Of a DNA stretch of 44,522 nt, positions 28,003-38,421 are shown in pieces. The stretch is from positions 1 to 44,522 of the forward strand of contig JASGDZ010000310.1 of the NCBI GenBank assembly GCA_047606835.1, written 5' to 3'. The first letter of the stretch is position 1. The number at the start of each line of letters is the position of its first letter. The stretch comes from Microbacterium sp. (GTDB lineage: Bacteria; Actinomycetota; Actinomycetes; Actinomycetales; Microbacteriaceae). The position numbers and the translations under genes are program-made. The notes under the pieces were generated by a model. It was not told the DNA's origin and did not search any database. It saw only the letters and a program-made list of their open reading frames with translations.

Positions 28003-28626
28003 TCAGCCGACGGCGAGCATCACCTCGACGACGGCGTCGAGCAGCGCGTCGACCTGCTCCTCCCGATACCCTCGGCGCTGCATGCGGAAGGCCGTCTGGC
28101 GCACCTGCTCGACGGTCACCGCATCGCCGCGCTCGAGATACCCGATGAGCTTGCCGGCGATCAGGTCGACCTCGTCGACGCGGTAGCCGTAGCGCAGTCC
28201 GCGCGCTCGCGCGAAGCGCGCGCCGTCGGGGCGCGCGAGCCGGTCGAGCACCTCCTGCGCCGTGATCCGTGCCTTGCCGACCCAGCTCTCCACGCCGTTG
28301 CGAGCGATCTCCTCGTCGCGCTCGCGCGCGGCGAAGGCGTCCTCGATGCGGCTGAGCGCAGCATCCACCGCTGTGATCGAGTAGCCCCGCTTGACGAGCG
28401 GGAACGAGGCTTCCCGCACCGTCGCACTGGTGATCGCGGGCCCCGGGTCTTGCGTGGAGGGCGACTCGAACGCCTCGCGGGCGCGGGCGAGGAACACGTC
28501 CACCGCGCGCGGCTCATAGCCCCTCCGCCCACGCCCGGCGCCGGGGAAGAGCGCCGGAGCGCTCTCGGAGTGTGCGAGCGTGGCCGACAGTGCCTCGGCG
28601 GCATCGTGCGACTGGTCGGAGGTCAT
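28003..28626 (-). CDS. DivIVA domain-containing protein (four RGY..VD-type motifs)
   Basis: Start MTSDQS at 28626 overlapping the cdsA stop; RRGYEPRAVD, KRGYSITAVD, RYGYRVDEVD, RRGYREEQVD. Confidence 0.87.
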   Translation of the reverse strand: MTSDQSHDAAEALSATLAHSESAPALFPGAGRGRRGYEPRAVDVFLARAREAFESPSTQDPGPAITSATVREASFPLVKRGYSITAVDAALSRIEDAFAARERDEEIARNGVESWVGKARITAQEVLDRLARPDGARFARARGLRYGYRVDEVDLIAGKLIGYLERGDAVTVEQVRQTAFRMQRRGYREEQVDALLDAVVEVMLAVG

Positions 28627-29738
28627 GTGTTCACCAGGGGGAAGAAGAGGTGGTACAGCGCGAGCGCCGGCACCGTGGACAGGAGGATGGAGTCGAGGCG
28701 GTCGAGCACGCCGCCGTGACCGGGCAGCCAGGAGCTCATGTCTTTGATGCCGAGGTCGCGCTTGACGAGCGACTCCCCGAGGTCGCCGATCGTGGCGGCG
28801 ACCAGCACCACGAGACCGACGACGACACCGCTCCACAGCGGGATGTGCAGCATGAACAGGGCGAGCAGGATGCCGGCGACGACCGCCGCCGCGACCGCGC
28901 CGGCGAAGCCCTCCCACGTCTTCTTCGGGCTGATCCTCGGCGCCATCGGGTGTTTGCCGAACGAGATGCCGGCGACGTAGGCGCCCGTGTCGGTGGCGAC
29001 CGCGATGATGATGTAGGCCAACACCCACCACTCCCCGCCGTCCTGGCGCAGCAGCATCACGCACAGACTCCCGAGGAACGGCACGTAGAGCTGCACGAAG
29101 ACACCGGTCAGCACGTCGCGCAGCACGTCGCCGTAGATCCGGCCGTCCTTGGCCGCCATCTGCGCGATGAGCCGCCACACGATGACGACCGCGACGGCGG
29201 TGAACAGCATGACCCAGTGCAGGGCGTAGCCGAGCACCGCTCCGGAGACGACGAGCACGGAGCCCATCACCAGCTGCGGGGCGAGGTCGACCCTGCGTCC
29301 GTCGGCCTGGAGCGCGCGCGTGAGCTCGATCGTGCCCAGCACGCTGGCTGCGAGCGCGAACGCGATGAAGACCCACTTGAGGAAGACGAGAGTGGCGATC
29401 AGCACCGCACCGATCGCGAGCCCGATCGCGATCGCGACGACGAGATCGCGGCCGGTGCGCTCCTTGATCCGCTCGTTGGCCTCCTCGAGCTGCTCGCGCG
29501 CATGCGCCACATGGCTCTCGAACTCGTTGCGCGCCGCGCGGATCGAGTCATGGAGCGCGACGGAGGAGTCGAACGCGAGCGGCGACCGCGACTCGAGCTC
29601 GTCGGGCGTCGGCGTGCTCGACGGAAGCGGACCGGTGGCGGACTCGCGTTCGCGGGCCCGCGCCGCCTCGCGCCGGGTCGACGGCGTGGGGGCGGATGGG
29701 GGCGAGGCAGGCGGCTCGCCCTCGCGCGGATCGGTCAT
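28623..29738 (-). CDS. cdsA: Phosphatidate cytidylyltransferase
   Basis: DTGAY, SPKKTWEG, GDLGESLVKRDLGIKDMSSWLPGHGGVLDRLDS; follows frr. Confidence 0.96.
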   Translation of the reverse strand: MTDPREGEPPASPPSAPTPSTRREAARARERESATGPLPSSTPTPDELESRSPLAFDSSVALHDSIRAARNEFESHVAHAREQLEEANERIKERTGRDLVVAIAIGLAIGAVLIATLVFLKWVFIAFALAASVLGTIELTRALQADGRRVDLAPQLVMGSVLVVSGAVLGYALHWVMLFTAVAVVIVWRLIAQMAAKDGRIYGDVLRDVLTGVFVQLYVPFLGSLCVMLLRQDGGEWWVLAYIIIAVATDTGAYVAGISFGKHPMAPRISPKKTWEGFAGAVAAAVVAGILLALFMLHIPLWSGVVVGLVVLVAATIGDLGESLVKRDLGIKDMSSWLPGHGGVLDRLDSILLSTVPALALYHLFFPLVNT

Positions 29739-29745
29739 CGACGCC

Positions 29746-30300
29746 TCAGACTTCGAGCAGCTCCGCCTCTTTGCGCTTGAGCGCCTCGTCGATCAGGTCG
29801 ACGTGCGTGCGCGTGAGGGAATCGAGCTCCTTCTCTGCGCGGACGAGATCGTCCTCGCCCACCTCGCTCTTGAGCGCGTCCAGCTCGTCCTTGGCCTTGC
29901 GCCGGATGCCGCGCACGTGCACCTTGGCGTCCTCGGCCTTGCCCCGAACGAGCTTGACGAACTCCTTGCGTCGCTCCTCGGTGAGCTCGGGCAGGGTCAC
30001 GCGCACGATGCTGCCGTCGTTGGAGGGGTTGGCGCCGAGGTTCGGCATGTCCCGGATGGCCTGCTCGATCGCCTTGAGCGCCGACTTGTCGTACGGCGTC
30101 ACGATGAGGGTGCGCGCCTCCGGGTTGTTGAGCGAGGCCAGCTGTGCGAGCGGAGTCGGCGACCCGTAGTAGTCGACGAGGATCTTCTGGAACAGCTGGG
30201 GGTTCGCCCGGCCGGTGCGCACGGTGGCGAAGTCGTCCTTCGCCCCCTCGACGGCCCGATCCATGCGAGAGGCGGCGTCCGCCAGCACGTCCGCGATCAC
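29746..30300 (-). CDS. frr: Ribosome recycling factor
   Basis: [26 protein letters not shown]; GGAG spacing favours GTG 30300; own TAGAAT -10 at 30333-30328. Confidence 0.98.
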   Translation of the reverse strand: MIADVLADAASRMDRAVEGAKDDFATVRTGRANPQLFQKILVDYYGSPTPLAQLASLNNPEARTLIVTPYDKSALKAIEQAIRDMPNLGANPSNDGSIVRVTLPELTEERRKEFVKLVRGKAEDAKVHVRGIRRKAKDELDALKSEVGEDDLVRAEKELDSLTRTHVDLIDEALKRKEAELLEV

Positions 30301-30370
30301 GGTCACTCCATTCGTTGGGGTCGATCGATTCTAACGGGGGCCGTCTCGCCGGAAGCGCCCGCGGTGGGCG

Positions 30371-31090
30371 TCAGGACGTCACGAGGGTGCCGATCGGCTC
30401 GCCCAGCAGCGCGCGCGTGACGTTGCCCTCCGGCTCCATGCCGAACACGCGCATGTCCATGCGGTTGTCCATGCACAGGCTGAACGCGGTCGAGTCGACG
30501 ACCTTGAGCCCTCGCTGCAGGGCCTCGGTGAAGGTGAGCCGATCGAGCCGTGTCGCCGTGGCATCCTTCTTCGGATCGGCGGTGTACACGCCGTCGACGC
30601 CGTTCTTGGCCACCAGCACCTCGCTGGCGCCGATCTCCAGGGCACGCTGCGCGGCGACCGTGTCGGTCGAGAAGTACGGCAGGCCCGCACCCGCGCCGAA
30701 GATCACGACCCGCCCCTTCTCCATGTGCCGCTCGGCGCGGCGCGGGATGTAGGGCTCGGCGACCTGCGTCATCGAGATCGCGGACTGCACGCGGGTCGTG
30801 GCGCCCGCCTGCTCGAGGAAGTCCTGCAGGGCGAGCGCGTTCATGACGGTGCCGAGCATGCCCATGTAGTCCGCCCGCCCCCGGTCCATGCCGCGCTGGC
30901 TGAGCTCGGCGCCGCGGAAGAAGTTCCCGCCGCCGACCACGACCGAGATCTCGACCCGATCGACCGCCTCGGCGATCTCCTTCGCGATCTGGCTCACGAC
31001 GTCGGGGTTGACGCCCAGCTGACCGCCGCCGAACGCCTCGCCGGAAAGCTTCAGGAGGACGCGGCGGCGCCCGGTGGCTTCATCGATCAC
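30371..31090 (-). CDS. pyrH: UMP kinase
   Basis: [45 protein letters not shown]. Confidence 0.98.
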   Translation of the reverse strand: MIDEATGRRRVLLKLSGEAFGGGQLGVNPDVVSQIAKEIAEAVDRVEISVVVGGGNFFRGAELSQRGMDRGRADYMGMLGTVMNALALQDFLEQAGATTRVQSAISMTQVAEPYIPRRAERHMEKGRVVIFGAGAGLPYFSTDTVAAQRALEIGASEVLVAKNGVDGVYTADPKKDATATRLDRLTFTEALQRGLKVVDSTAFSLCMDNRMDMRVFGMEPEGNVTRALLGEPIGTLVTS

Positions 31091-31105
31091 GGAGTTCCTC
31101 TCCTC

Positions 31106-31933
31106 TTACGCGCCGACCTTGAACCGGGCGAAGTCGGTGATCGTGATGCCGGCGCTCTTGGCGACCTGGGCGACGGAGAGCTTGTTGTCCTTCGCGTACT
31201 CCTGGTCGAGCAGCGCGACCTGCTTGAAGAACGCGCCCACACGGCCCTCGACGATCTTCGGCAGGGCGGCCTCGGGCTTTCCCTCGTTGCGGGAGATCTC
31301 CGTGACGAGCTCGCGCTCCTTCTCGACGTCGGCGGCCGGGACGTCGTCGCGCGACAGGTAGGTCGGGTTGGCGAACGAGATGTGCTGCGCGATCGAACGG
31401 GCCGTCTCCGCATCGTCGCCGGTGTACGCCACGACGACGCCGATCTGCGGCGGGAGGTCCTTGCTCGTCTTGTGCAGGTAGATATCGAAATTGTCGCCCT
31501 TGAGCGTGCGCACGCGCCGCAGCACGACCTTCTCGCCGATGATGGCCGCCTCGTCGGAGATGAGCTGCTCGACGGTCTGGCCGCCGGCGTCCGCGGCGAG
31601 CGCCGCCTCGACCGAGTCGGCGGCGGCGGCGGTCGCCGCGTCCGCGACCTTGTCGGCGAGCGCGATGAAGCGGTCGTTCTTGGCGACGAAGTCCGTCTCG
31701 GTGTTCAGCTCGAGCAGGGTGACGGCGCCGTCCTGCTCGCGGGCGACGACGAGTCCCTCGCTGGTGGAGCGGTCGGCGCGCTTGGCGTTGCCCTTGGCTC
31801 CCGCCAGGCGCAGGATCTCGACGGCCCGCTCGAGGTCGCCGTCGGCCTCCTCCAGCGCCTTCTTGGTGTCGACGAGACCGGTGCCGAGCTGCTCGCGCAA
31901 CGTCTTGATGTCGGCGATCGTGAAGTTTGCCAT
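31106..31933 (-). CDS. tsf: Elongation factor Ts
   Basis: True start MANFTIADIK at 31933; ELNTETDFVAKN, IGEK, KIVEGR. Confidence 0.98.
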   Translation of the reverse strand: MANFTIADIKTLREQLGTGLVDTKKALEEADGDLERAVEILRLAGAKGNAKRADRSTSEGLVVAREQDGAVTLLELNTETDFVAKNDRFIALADKVADAATAAAADSVEAALAADAGGQTVEQLISDEAAIIGEKVVLRRVRTLKGDNFDIYLHKTSKDLPPQIGVVVAYTGDDAETARSIAQHISFANPTYLSRDDVPAADVEKERELVTEISRNEGKPEAALPKIVEGRVGAFFKQVALLDQEYAKDNKLSVAQVAKSAGITITDFARFKVGA

Positions 31934-31988
31934 GTGTGGCGGCTCCTTGCCCTGAATGCGTTCTTGCTGTGTGGGATGTCGTGCGGAT

Positions 31989-32021
31989 GCGGCGGCGAGC
32001 CCGGTGCGGGCCCGTCGTCGC
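31989..32021 (-). terminator. Imperfect GC-rich hairpin between rpsB and tsf
   Basis: About 15-bp imperfect inverted repeat; no U-tract, so a terminator or stabiliser role is uncertain. Confidence 0.35.
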
Positions 32022-32034
32022 TCCGGATGGGGGG

Positions 32035-32934
32035 TTACTCGGCCTCGACCGCTTCGGCTGCGGCCTCGACGGCTTCGGCTGCGGGCTCGACGGCTGCCTC
32101 GACGACCACAGCCGGCTCCTCGGCCACGACGGCCTCCGCGGCGGGCTGCTCGGCGTCGGCGCTCGTCTGCGCGGCACCCTGCTCGAGGAGCTCGCGCTCC
32201 CACTCCGCGAGGGGCTCCGCCGCCTCGGCCTCGTCGGCCGGCTGGTGACGCTGGATGAGGCCGTCGGCGGCGGCATCCGCGATGATGCGGGTGAGCAGCG
32301 CCACCGAGCGGATGGCGTCGTCGTTGCCGGGGATCGGGAACTGGAAGTCGTCCGGGTCGGCGTTGGTGTCGAGGATGCCGATCACGGGGATGCCGAGCTT
32401 CTTCGCCTCGTCGATGGCGAGGTGCTCGCGCTTGGCGTCGACGACCCACAGCGCCGACGGCGTCTTGGTCAGGTTGCGGATGCCGCCCAGCGACTTGTGC
32501 AGCTTGTCGAGCTCGCGCTTCTTGAGCAGCAGCTCCTTCTTCGTGAAGCCGCTCTCGGCCGGGTTCTCGTAGTCGAGCTCTTCCAGCTCCTTCATGCGCG
32601 CCAGGCGCTTCGAGACCGTCGAGAAGTTCGTGAGCAGGCCGCCCAGCCAGCGCTGGTTCACATACGGCTGGCCGACGCGGGTCGCCTGCTCGGCGAGGAT
32701 CTCCTGCGCCTGCTTCTTGGTGCCCACGAACAGGACGGTGCCGCCGTGCGCGACCGTCTCCTTGACGAAGTCGTAGGCGCGGTCGATGTACGCCAGCGAC
32801 TGCTGGAGGTCGATGATGTGGATGCCGGAGCGCTCCGTGAGGATGAAGCGCTTGACCTTCGGGTTCCACCGGCGGGTCTGGTGTCCGAAGTGGACGCCGC
32901 TGTCGAGCAGCTGGCGAATGGTGACGACGGCCAT
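32035..32934 (-). CDS. rpsB: 30S ribosomal protein S2
   Basis: Start [26 protein letters not shown]; [26 protein letters not shown]; acidic Ala/Glu tail. Confidence 0.99.
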   Translation of the reverse strand: MAVVTIRQLLDSGVHFGHQTRRWNPKVKRFILTERSGIHIIDLQQSLAYIDRAYDFVKETVAHGGTVLFVGTKKQAQEILAEQATRVGQPYVNQRWLGGLLTNFSTVSKRLARMKELEELDYENPAESGFTKKELLLKKRELDKLHKSLGGIRNLTKTPSALWVVDAKREHLAIDEAKKLGIPVIGILDTNADPDDFQFPIPGNDDAIRSVALLTRIIADAAADGLIQRHQPADEAEAAEPLAEWERELLEQGAAQTSADAEQPAAEAVVAEEPAVVVEAAVEPAAEAVEAAAEAVEAE

Positions 32935-33143
32935 GGCCGTTCTCCTGTTCTCGGCGCGTGCGCGCCTGGTTGCGGTTGTTCCGCCGGACCGTGCGGCCGG
33001 CGAGCCTGGTGCCCGGCACACTCCCGCTCCCCCGCATACGGGGTGACCGGTGGGAATGGATGCCGCCCGCTCTCCGTCGCCGAAGCGTCGGGCTGTGGGC
33101 ACGCGTAGTCACCCCGTTTCCGAGGTGCTCCGCCAGTGTATCA
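32935..33143 (-). promoter_or_regulatory. rpsB promoter and long structured 5' leader
   Basis: Extended -10 TGA-TACACT (33143-33135); hairpin CACCTCG-GAAA-CGGGGTG at 33127-33110; about 190 nt to the ATG. Confidence 0.6.
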
Positions 33144-33239
33144 GCCGCGTCCTCCTCCACAGGGCTCGGTTGCGCGCATCCTGTCCACCGATCCGGCGCA
33201 CGGGCGCCACGCCGCGCTCCCGCCCGCCACGATGGACGG

Positions 33240-33782
33240 ATGCGGTCCGCATCCACTCCCCTGCAACGCGTCGTCGCGACGATCGCGCTGTGCGCCGCCC
33301 TCGCCGCCGGCACGCTCGGCGACGGCGCACCGGTCGCGGCCGCCGCCGACGACCTGGCCACGATCGAGACCCGTCAGCAGTGGCACTGGCCGGTCTCGAG
33401 CCCGTTCCGGCTCGACCGCGGCTACGTGGCCCCGGCGCACGAGTACGGCGCCGGGCACCGAGGCATCGACATCCTGCCGCTCGGCGACAGCCGCGCCCTC
33501 GCCCCGGCCGACGGCGTCGTGGCGTTCTCCGGCCGGGTCGCCGATCGGGCACTCGTGACGATCGACCACGGTGAGGGTCTGGTGACGACGCTGGAGCCGG
33601 TCGAGTCCGACCTCGCGCCCGGCACCGCCGTGGCCAGGGGCGACGTCGTCGGCACGGTGGCGCTCGGCGGCCATGCCGCTGCGGGCCGCATGCACTTCGG
33701 CGTGCGGCTGTACGGCGAATACGTGAATCCGCTGCTGCTGCTCGGCGGCGTGCCGCGCGCGGTGCTCCTGCCCTGCTGCTGA
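33240..33782 (+). CDS. M23 family metallopeptidase
   Basis: Signal peptide, WHWPV, HRGID, APADGVV, MHFGVR, YVNPL; usual position between rpsB and xerC. Confidence 0.9.
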   Translation: MRSASTPLQRVVATIALCAALAAGTLGDGAPVAAAADDLATIETRQQWHWPVSSPFRLDRGYVAPAHEYGAGHRGIDILPLGDSRALAPADGVVAFSGRVADRALVTIDHGEGLVTTLEPVESDLAPGTAVARGDVVGTVALGGHAAAGRMHFGVRLYGEYVNPLLLLGGVPRAVLLPCC

Positions 33783-33809
33783 CCCCGGTCCTGCGCGTCG
33801 CCGCTGTCG

Positions 33810-34721
33810 CTATGCCCGCGGGTGGGCCAGACGGTAGGCCGCCGCAAGACGCTCCGCCGAGACGTGGGTGTAGATCTGGGTGGTGCCCAGGCTCGCGTGC
33901 CCGAGCAGCTCCTGCACGGAACGCAGGTCCGCCCCGCCGTCGAGCAGGTGGGTCGCCGCGGAGTGCCGCAGGGTGTGCGGACCGACCGCGGCGGAGCCGA
34001 GCGCGGGGCCGACCTCGCGCGCCACGATGTCGTAGACCGCCCGGGGCGACAGCCTGCCGCCACGCACGCCGAGGAGGAGTGCCGCGGGCGCGTCAGCCCC
34101 GGCGGCGCGTGCGACGAGCGCCGGGCGGCCCCGGACGAGATAGGCGTCGAGCGCCGCGAGGGCGGGCGCGCCGAACGGCACCACGCGCTCCTTGGCGCCC
34201 TTCCCGAGCACGAGCATCGTGCGGCGCGCACGGTCGACGTCGGAGACGTCGAGCCCGCACAGCTCCGAGACGCGGATGCCGGCGGCGTACAGCAGCTCGA
34301 GCGCGGCGTGATCGCGCAGCGCCACCGGGTCGCCCGCGGTCGCGCGCTGCGCGATCCGATCGAGCACGAGCGTCATGGCGGGCGCTGTCGCGACCTTCGG
34401 CAGCGGCCGGCCGCGCTTGGGCGCGACGATGCGCAGGCTCGGATCGTGCTCGATATGCCCGCTCTCCGCGGCCCAGCCGAAGAAGCCGCGCACCGCGGCC
34501 GTGCGCCGCGCGATGGTCGAACGGGCATCCCCGCGCTGCGTCGCGAGCCACTGCCATTGACGCAGCTGCTCGAGATCGATCTCGCGCAGGCTCGTGCCGT
34601 CCGGGAGCGTGCGGACGAGATCCCGCAAGTCCGACGCGTAGGCGCGGACCGTCGCGGGCGACAGCCGCCGCACCCGCGCCAGGTGCGTCGTGTACGCCTC
34701 GATCGCCGCATCCACTCGCAT
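33810..34721 (-). CDS. xerC: Tyrosine recombinase XerC
   Basis: [46 protein letters not shown]; downstream of dprA. Confidence 0.93.
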   Translation of the reverse strand: MRVDAAIEAYTTHLARVRRLSPATVRAYASDLRDLVRTLPDGTSLREIDLEQLRQWQWLATQRGDARSTIARRTAAVRGFFGWAAESGHIEHDPSLRIVAPKRGRPLPKVATAPAMTLVLDRIAQRATAGDPVALRDHAALELLYAAGIRVSELCGLDVSDVDRARRTMLVLGKGAKERVVPFGAPALAALDAYLVRGRPALVARAAGADAPAALLLGVRGGRLSPRAVYDIVAREVGPALGSAAVGPHTLRHSAATHLLDGGADLRSVQELLGHASLGTTQIYTHVSAERLAAAYRLAHPRA

Positions 34722-34798
34722 GCTCCCAGCTTGCCCGGCCTCCGCCCCGCGGCGGCCGCGGCGCTCCGTGCCGCGCATCCTCCGCCGGCTCGGTCACG

Positions 34799-36016
34799 CT
34801 ATCGGCCCGCGGTCGCCGCCGCCAGACGCCAGCCGCCGTCGACGGCGGCCACCTCGCCGGTCAGCGACAGCAGCCCGAGCACGGCCTCCACGTCAGCCAC
34901 GGACATCCCGCAGCGACGGGCGACGTCCAGAGCGCCGCGCGAGGCGCGCGCGCTCAGCGCGTCGAGCACACGCGCGCGGTCGTCGGTGTGCCGGGCGTCG
35001 TGATCATCCGGGCGGGCGGCGGACGTGGCGATCCCGAGCAGCTCGAGCACGTCGTCGACTCCCGTGATGCACCGCGCGTCGTGCTCGCGCAGCACCCGGT
35101 GGCATCCCGCCGACGCGGCGCTGGTCACCGGCCCCGGCACCGAGCCGAGCGGCCGGCCGAGCTCGGACGCATGGTGGGCGGTATTGAGCGATCCGCTGCG
35201 CCATCCGGCTTCGACGACCACCGTCGCGTCCGCGAGCGCGGCGATGAGCCTGTTCCGCTGGAGGAACCTCCACTTCGTGGGCGCGCCACCGCACGGGGCC
35301 TCGCTGAGCACCGCGCCGGAGACGGCGATCCGGTCGATGAGCTGCGCGTTCCCCGCGGGATACGGGCGATCCACGCCTCCCGCGAGGAAGGCCAGGGTGG
35401 CGCCCTCGGCCGCCAGCGCAGCCCGGTGAGCGGCGCCGTCGATGCCGTAGGCGGCGCCGGAGATCACGGCCACCCCGCGCATCGCGAGCCCCGAGGAGAG
35501 CTCGATCGCGACGTGCTCCCCGTAGCTCGTCGCCGCCCGCGCCCCCACGATCGCGACCGCGGGACGAAACCGCATCGGTGCGGCGAGGTCGCCTCTGACC
35601 CACAGGCACAGCGGGGCGTGCGCGCCCAGATCCCGCAGCGGCGTCGGCCAGCGTGCGTCGTAGGGCGCCAGCAGTCGCGCTCCGGCGACGGCGGCGGCCT
35701 CGACCGCACCGCGAACGACGTCGGGCTGCAGACGGGGGCGCCAGCGCTGCAGGCCCCTGTCCCACTCCTGCCGGGTGACTCCCGCAGCCTCGGCCGCCTG
35801 ACGCGCCGGCCGGCCGGCCTCGATGGCGGCGAGCGCCTCGGCGGCGCCCAGTGCCTGCACCAGCCTGCCGGCGATGCCGTCGCCGGGCTCGACGATGCAG
35901 CTCCAGGCGACGCGCGCGGCGACCTCCTCGGTGAGGCCCGGGTCGAGCGCATGGTCGACGATCGCGGGGATCCGCGTGCGCAGGGCGGTGTCGAGCACGG
36001 TGCGGTGGTGGGTCAC
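34799..36016 (-). CDS. dprA: DNA-processing protein DprA
   Basis: GTG start overlapping the comM stop; AIVGARAATSYG, ISGAAYGIDGAAH, RFLQRNRLIA, VVEAGWRSGSL, VPGPV. Confidence 0.95.
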   Translation of the reverse strand: MTHHRTVLDTALRTRIPAIVDHALDPGLTEEVAARVAWSCIVEPGDGIAGRLVQALGAAEALAAIEAGRPARQAAEAAGVTRQEWDRGLQRWRPRLQPDVVRGAVEAAAVAGARLLAPYDARWPTPLRDLGAHAPLCLWVRGDLAAPMRFRPAVAIVGARAATSYGEHVAIELSSGLAMRGVAVISGAAYGIDGAAHRAALAAEGATLAFLAGGVDRPYPAGNAQLIDRIAVSGAVLSEAPCGGAPTKWRFLQRNRLIAALADATVVVEAGWRSGSLNTAHHASELGRPLGSVPGPVTSAASAGCHRVLREHDARCITGVDDVLELLGIATSAARPDDHDARHTDDRARVLDALSARASRGALDVARRCGMSVADVEAVLGLLSLTGEVAAVDGGWRLAAATAGR

Positions 36017-37542
36017 GGCGTGATCCCCTTCTTGAGGAACAGGGCACGACCGATGTCGTGCACGGTGGGCGAGTCGCGGCCGGCGAGGTCTGCGATCGAC
36101 CAGGCCAGCCTGAGCGTGCGGTCGTACCCGCGCAGCGTCAGCGCGCCGCGGTGGAGCGCGGTGTCCAGCGGACGGCGCACGATCGGCGCTAGCGCCAGCG
36201 GCCCCTGCCGCAGCCACGGCCCGGACACCTGCGCGTTGACCCGCCAGGGCGTGTCCCGCAGCCGGTGCGCTGCCCGGTCGCGGGCCTCGACCACGCGGGC
36301 ACGCGCGCTGTGCGTGGACACCCTCTCCGCGGAGCCGTGCGTCGCGTGCGCGACGGAGACCCGCGTCAGGCGCAGCTCGATGTCGACGCGGTCCAGCAGC
36401 GGCCCGGACAGGCGCGCGAGGTAGCGCCGGATCGCCATCGGGGGGCACTCGCACAGGGCGCCGCGCACGCCGTAGTTGCCGCACGGGCACGGGTTGGTCG
36501 CGAGCACGAGCTGGAACCGCGCGGGGAAGGATGCCGTGAACCCGGCGCGGTGGATCACGATCACCCCCGTCTCCAGCGGCTGGCGGAGGGCGTCGAGCAC
36601 GTGCCCCGGGAACTCGCCCGCCTCGTCGAGGAAGAGCACGCCGTGCGTCGCCCGGGCGATCGCGCCCGGCCGCACGAGCCGTGAGCCGCCGCCGACGAGC
36701 GCCGCGACGGACGCGCTGTGGTGCGGCGCCTGGAACGGCGGCCTGCGGGCCAGCGAGTCCACCGGCTCCCCCGCCAGCGAGCGGATCGAGGCGACCTCGA
36801 TGGCCGCCTGATCGGCGAGCTCGGGGAGGATCCCGGGCAGTCGGCTCGCGAGCATCGTCTTTCCCGCCCCGGGCGGCCCGCTCATCAGCAGGTGGTGGCC
36901 CCCCGCCGCCGCGGTGATGAGCGCCTCGACCGCCTCGGGCTGGCCGATGACGTCCGCCAGCTCGAGGGGCTGCACGGCCACGTCGGGCGCACTCGCCCGC
37001 GCGACGGGGTCGAGCTCGAGCACGGGCGCATCCGCGCCGTGGCAGCGGGCCACATCGGCCAGCGAGGTCGCCCCGACCACCTGCACGCCCTCGACGAGCG
37101 CAGCCTCGCCGGCGTTGCCGTGAGGCACGACGACGCGACTGAAGCCCGCTCTCGCGGCGGCGAGCACGGCCGGGAGCACCCCGGGCACCGGCCGGAGCCT
37201 GCCGTCGAGCCCCAGCTCGCCCAGGTGCACCGTCCGCGCGAGGGACGCGGCATCCATCCCGCCGTCGGTGGCCAGCGCCGCGACGGCGATCGCCACGTCG
37301 AATCCCGACCCCTGCTTGGGCAGGCTCGCCGGCGACAGGTTCACCGTGATGCGCCGGCGCGACAGCGGCAGGCCGCAGTTGACCGCCGCGTTGTGCACGC
37401 GCGATGCCGCCTCGCGCAGGGCGCTGTCGGGAAGCCCGATGATCCGGAAGTCCGGCGTCTGGTTCGACTGGTCGGCCTCCACCTCGACGATCGCGCCGTC
37501 GATGCCGGTGAGCGCCACCGCCCACGTGCGCGACGTCGTCAT
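36013..37542 (-). CDS. comM: YifB/ComM family AAA+ ATPase (Mg-chelatase-like)
   Basis: Start MTTSRTW at 37542; TVNLSPA, GELGLDG, Walker A GPPGAGKT, APHHSAS, LFLDE, NPCPCG, LSGPLLDR. Confidence 0.95.
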   Translation of the reverse strand: MTTSRTWAVALTGIDGAIVEVEADQSNQTPDFRIIGLPDSALREAASRVHNAAVNCGLPLSRRRITVNLSPASLPKQGSGFDVAIAVAALATDGGMDAASLARTVHLGELGLDGRLRPVPGVLPAVLAAARAGFSRVVVPHGNAGEAALVEGVQVVGATSLADVARCHGADAPVLELDPVARASAPDVAVQPLELADVIGQPEAVEALITAAAGGHHLLMSGPPGAGKTMLASRLPGILPELADQAAIEVASIRSLAGEPVDSLARRPPFQAPHHSASVAALVGGGSRLVRPGAIARATHGVLFLDEAGEFPGHVLDALRQPLETGVIVIHRAGFTASFPARFQLVLATNPCPCGNYGVRGALCECPPMAIRRYLARLSGPLLDRVDIELRLTRVSVAHATHGSAERVSTHSARARVVEARDRAAHRLRDTPWRVNAQVSGPWLRQGPLALAPIVRRPLDTALHRGALTLRGYDRTLRLAWSIADLAGRDSPTVHDIGRALFLKKGITP

Positions 37543-37901
37543 CGCAGATCCACCACGTGCTCGACCCTCGCCGTCGCGGGATCGGCCCCGATCACCGCGA
37601 TCGCGTCGAGCCGGATGTCCCGGCCCCGCGCCGCATCGGGGTGCGCCGCCGCCCACGCGATCGCCAGCCGCCACAGCCGTGCCCGCTTTCTCGCGTCGAC
37701 GGCCTCGAGCGGATGGCCGAACCCCATCCCCGATCGCGTCTTCACCTCCACGACGACGAGCTCTCCGCCGTCCAGCGCGACGACATCGAGCTCTCCGCCC
37801 GCACACCGCCAGTTCCTGTCGAGCACGCACCACCCGCGCTTGTGGAGATGCGCCACCGCCCGGTCCTCGCCGGCTCTGCCGAGCACGTCCTTCGCTGCCA
37901 T
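37539..37901 (-). CDS. yraN: YraN family (UPF0102) nuclease
   Basis: LGRAGED, RNWRCAGGELDVV, VEVKTR, PLEAVD, RLDAI. Confidence 0.93.
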   Translation of the reverse strand: MAAKDVLGRAGEDRAVAHLHKRGWCVLDRNWRCAGGELDVVALDGGELVVVEVKTRSGMGFGHPLEAVDARKRARLWRLAIAWAAAHPDAARGRDIRLDAIAVIGADPATARVEHVVDLR

Positions 37902-38088
37902 GCCGGCCAGCCTGCGGCATCCGCGGGATCCGCCTTCGAGCAGAACACCGCATCCGTGGACAACTCGTCCGCGCGGCGGCCTGTGCAGGATCAGACGGCC
38001 CATGTTTCCGCGGCGGCCGTGTCCGACCTCGCGCGTTCCCGCGAGCGACCGGAGCCACCCGGGCCGGCTCATCTAGAATGGAGGGACC

Positions 38089-38415
38089 ATGGATGACGAT
38101 GTCTTCGAGGACTACGACCGCGAGCTCGAGCTGGCCCTCTTCCGCGAGTACCGGGACGTCGTCTCGCAGTTCCAGTACGTGATCGAGACCGAGCGCCGGT
38201 TCTACCTCGCCAACGACGTCAACGTCGTGCGGCGCGACACCGAGCACGACTTCTACTTCGAGCTCACGATGCAGGACGTGTGGGTGTGGGACATCTACCG
38301 CGCCGACCGGTTCGTGAAGTCCGTGCGCGTGCTGACGTTCAAGGACGTCAACATCGAGGAGCTGTCGCGCCGCGACTTCCAGCTGCCCGAGGAGCTCTCG
38401 CTCGACGGCGGCTGA
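38089..38415 (+). CDS. DUF2469 family protein
   Basis: ELALFREYRDVV, ETERRFYLAN, DVWVWDIYR..RFVK.VRVLTFKDVNIEEL; usual neighbour of rnhB/yraN in actinobacteria. Confidence 0.9.
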   Translation: MDDDVFEDYDRELELALFREYRDVVSQFQYVIETERRFYLANDVNVVRRDTEHDFYFELTMQDVWVWDIYRADRFVKSVRVLTFKDVNIEELSRRDFQLPEELSLDGG

Positions 38416-38421
38416 ACCGCC

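Noticed and set aside
31106-33361. 751-aa ORF implying an rpsB-tsf fusion or frameshift
   Set aside because: The upstream part is an Arg-rich off-frame reading of rpsB; tsf has its own AAGGAG RBS and ATG at 31933.
33810-34721. Tyrosine recombinase as an island or prophage integrase
   Set aside because: Size and position (after dprA, near rpsB) match housekeeping XerC; no phage genes or att sites nearby.
34799-38247. 908-aa and 744-aa ORFs as extended DprA and ComM
   Set aside because: The extensions are alternative-frame readings of comM and yraN; coupled starts at 36016 and 37542 give normal proteins.
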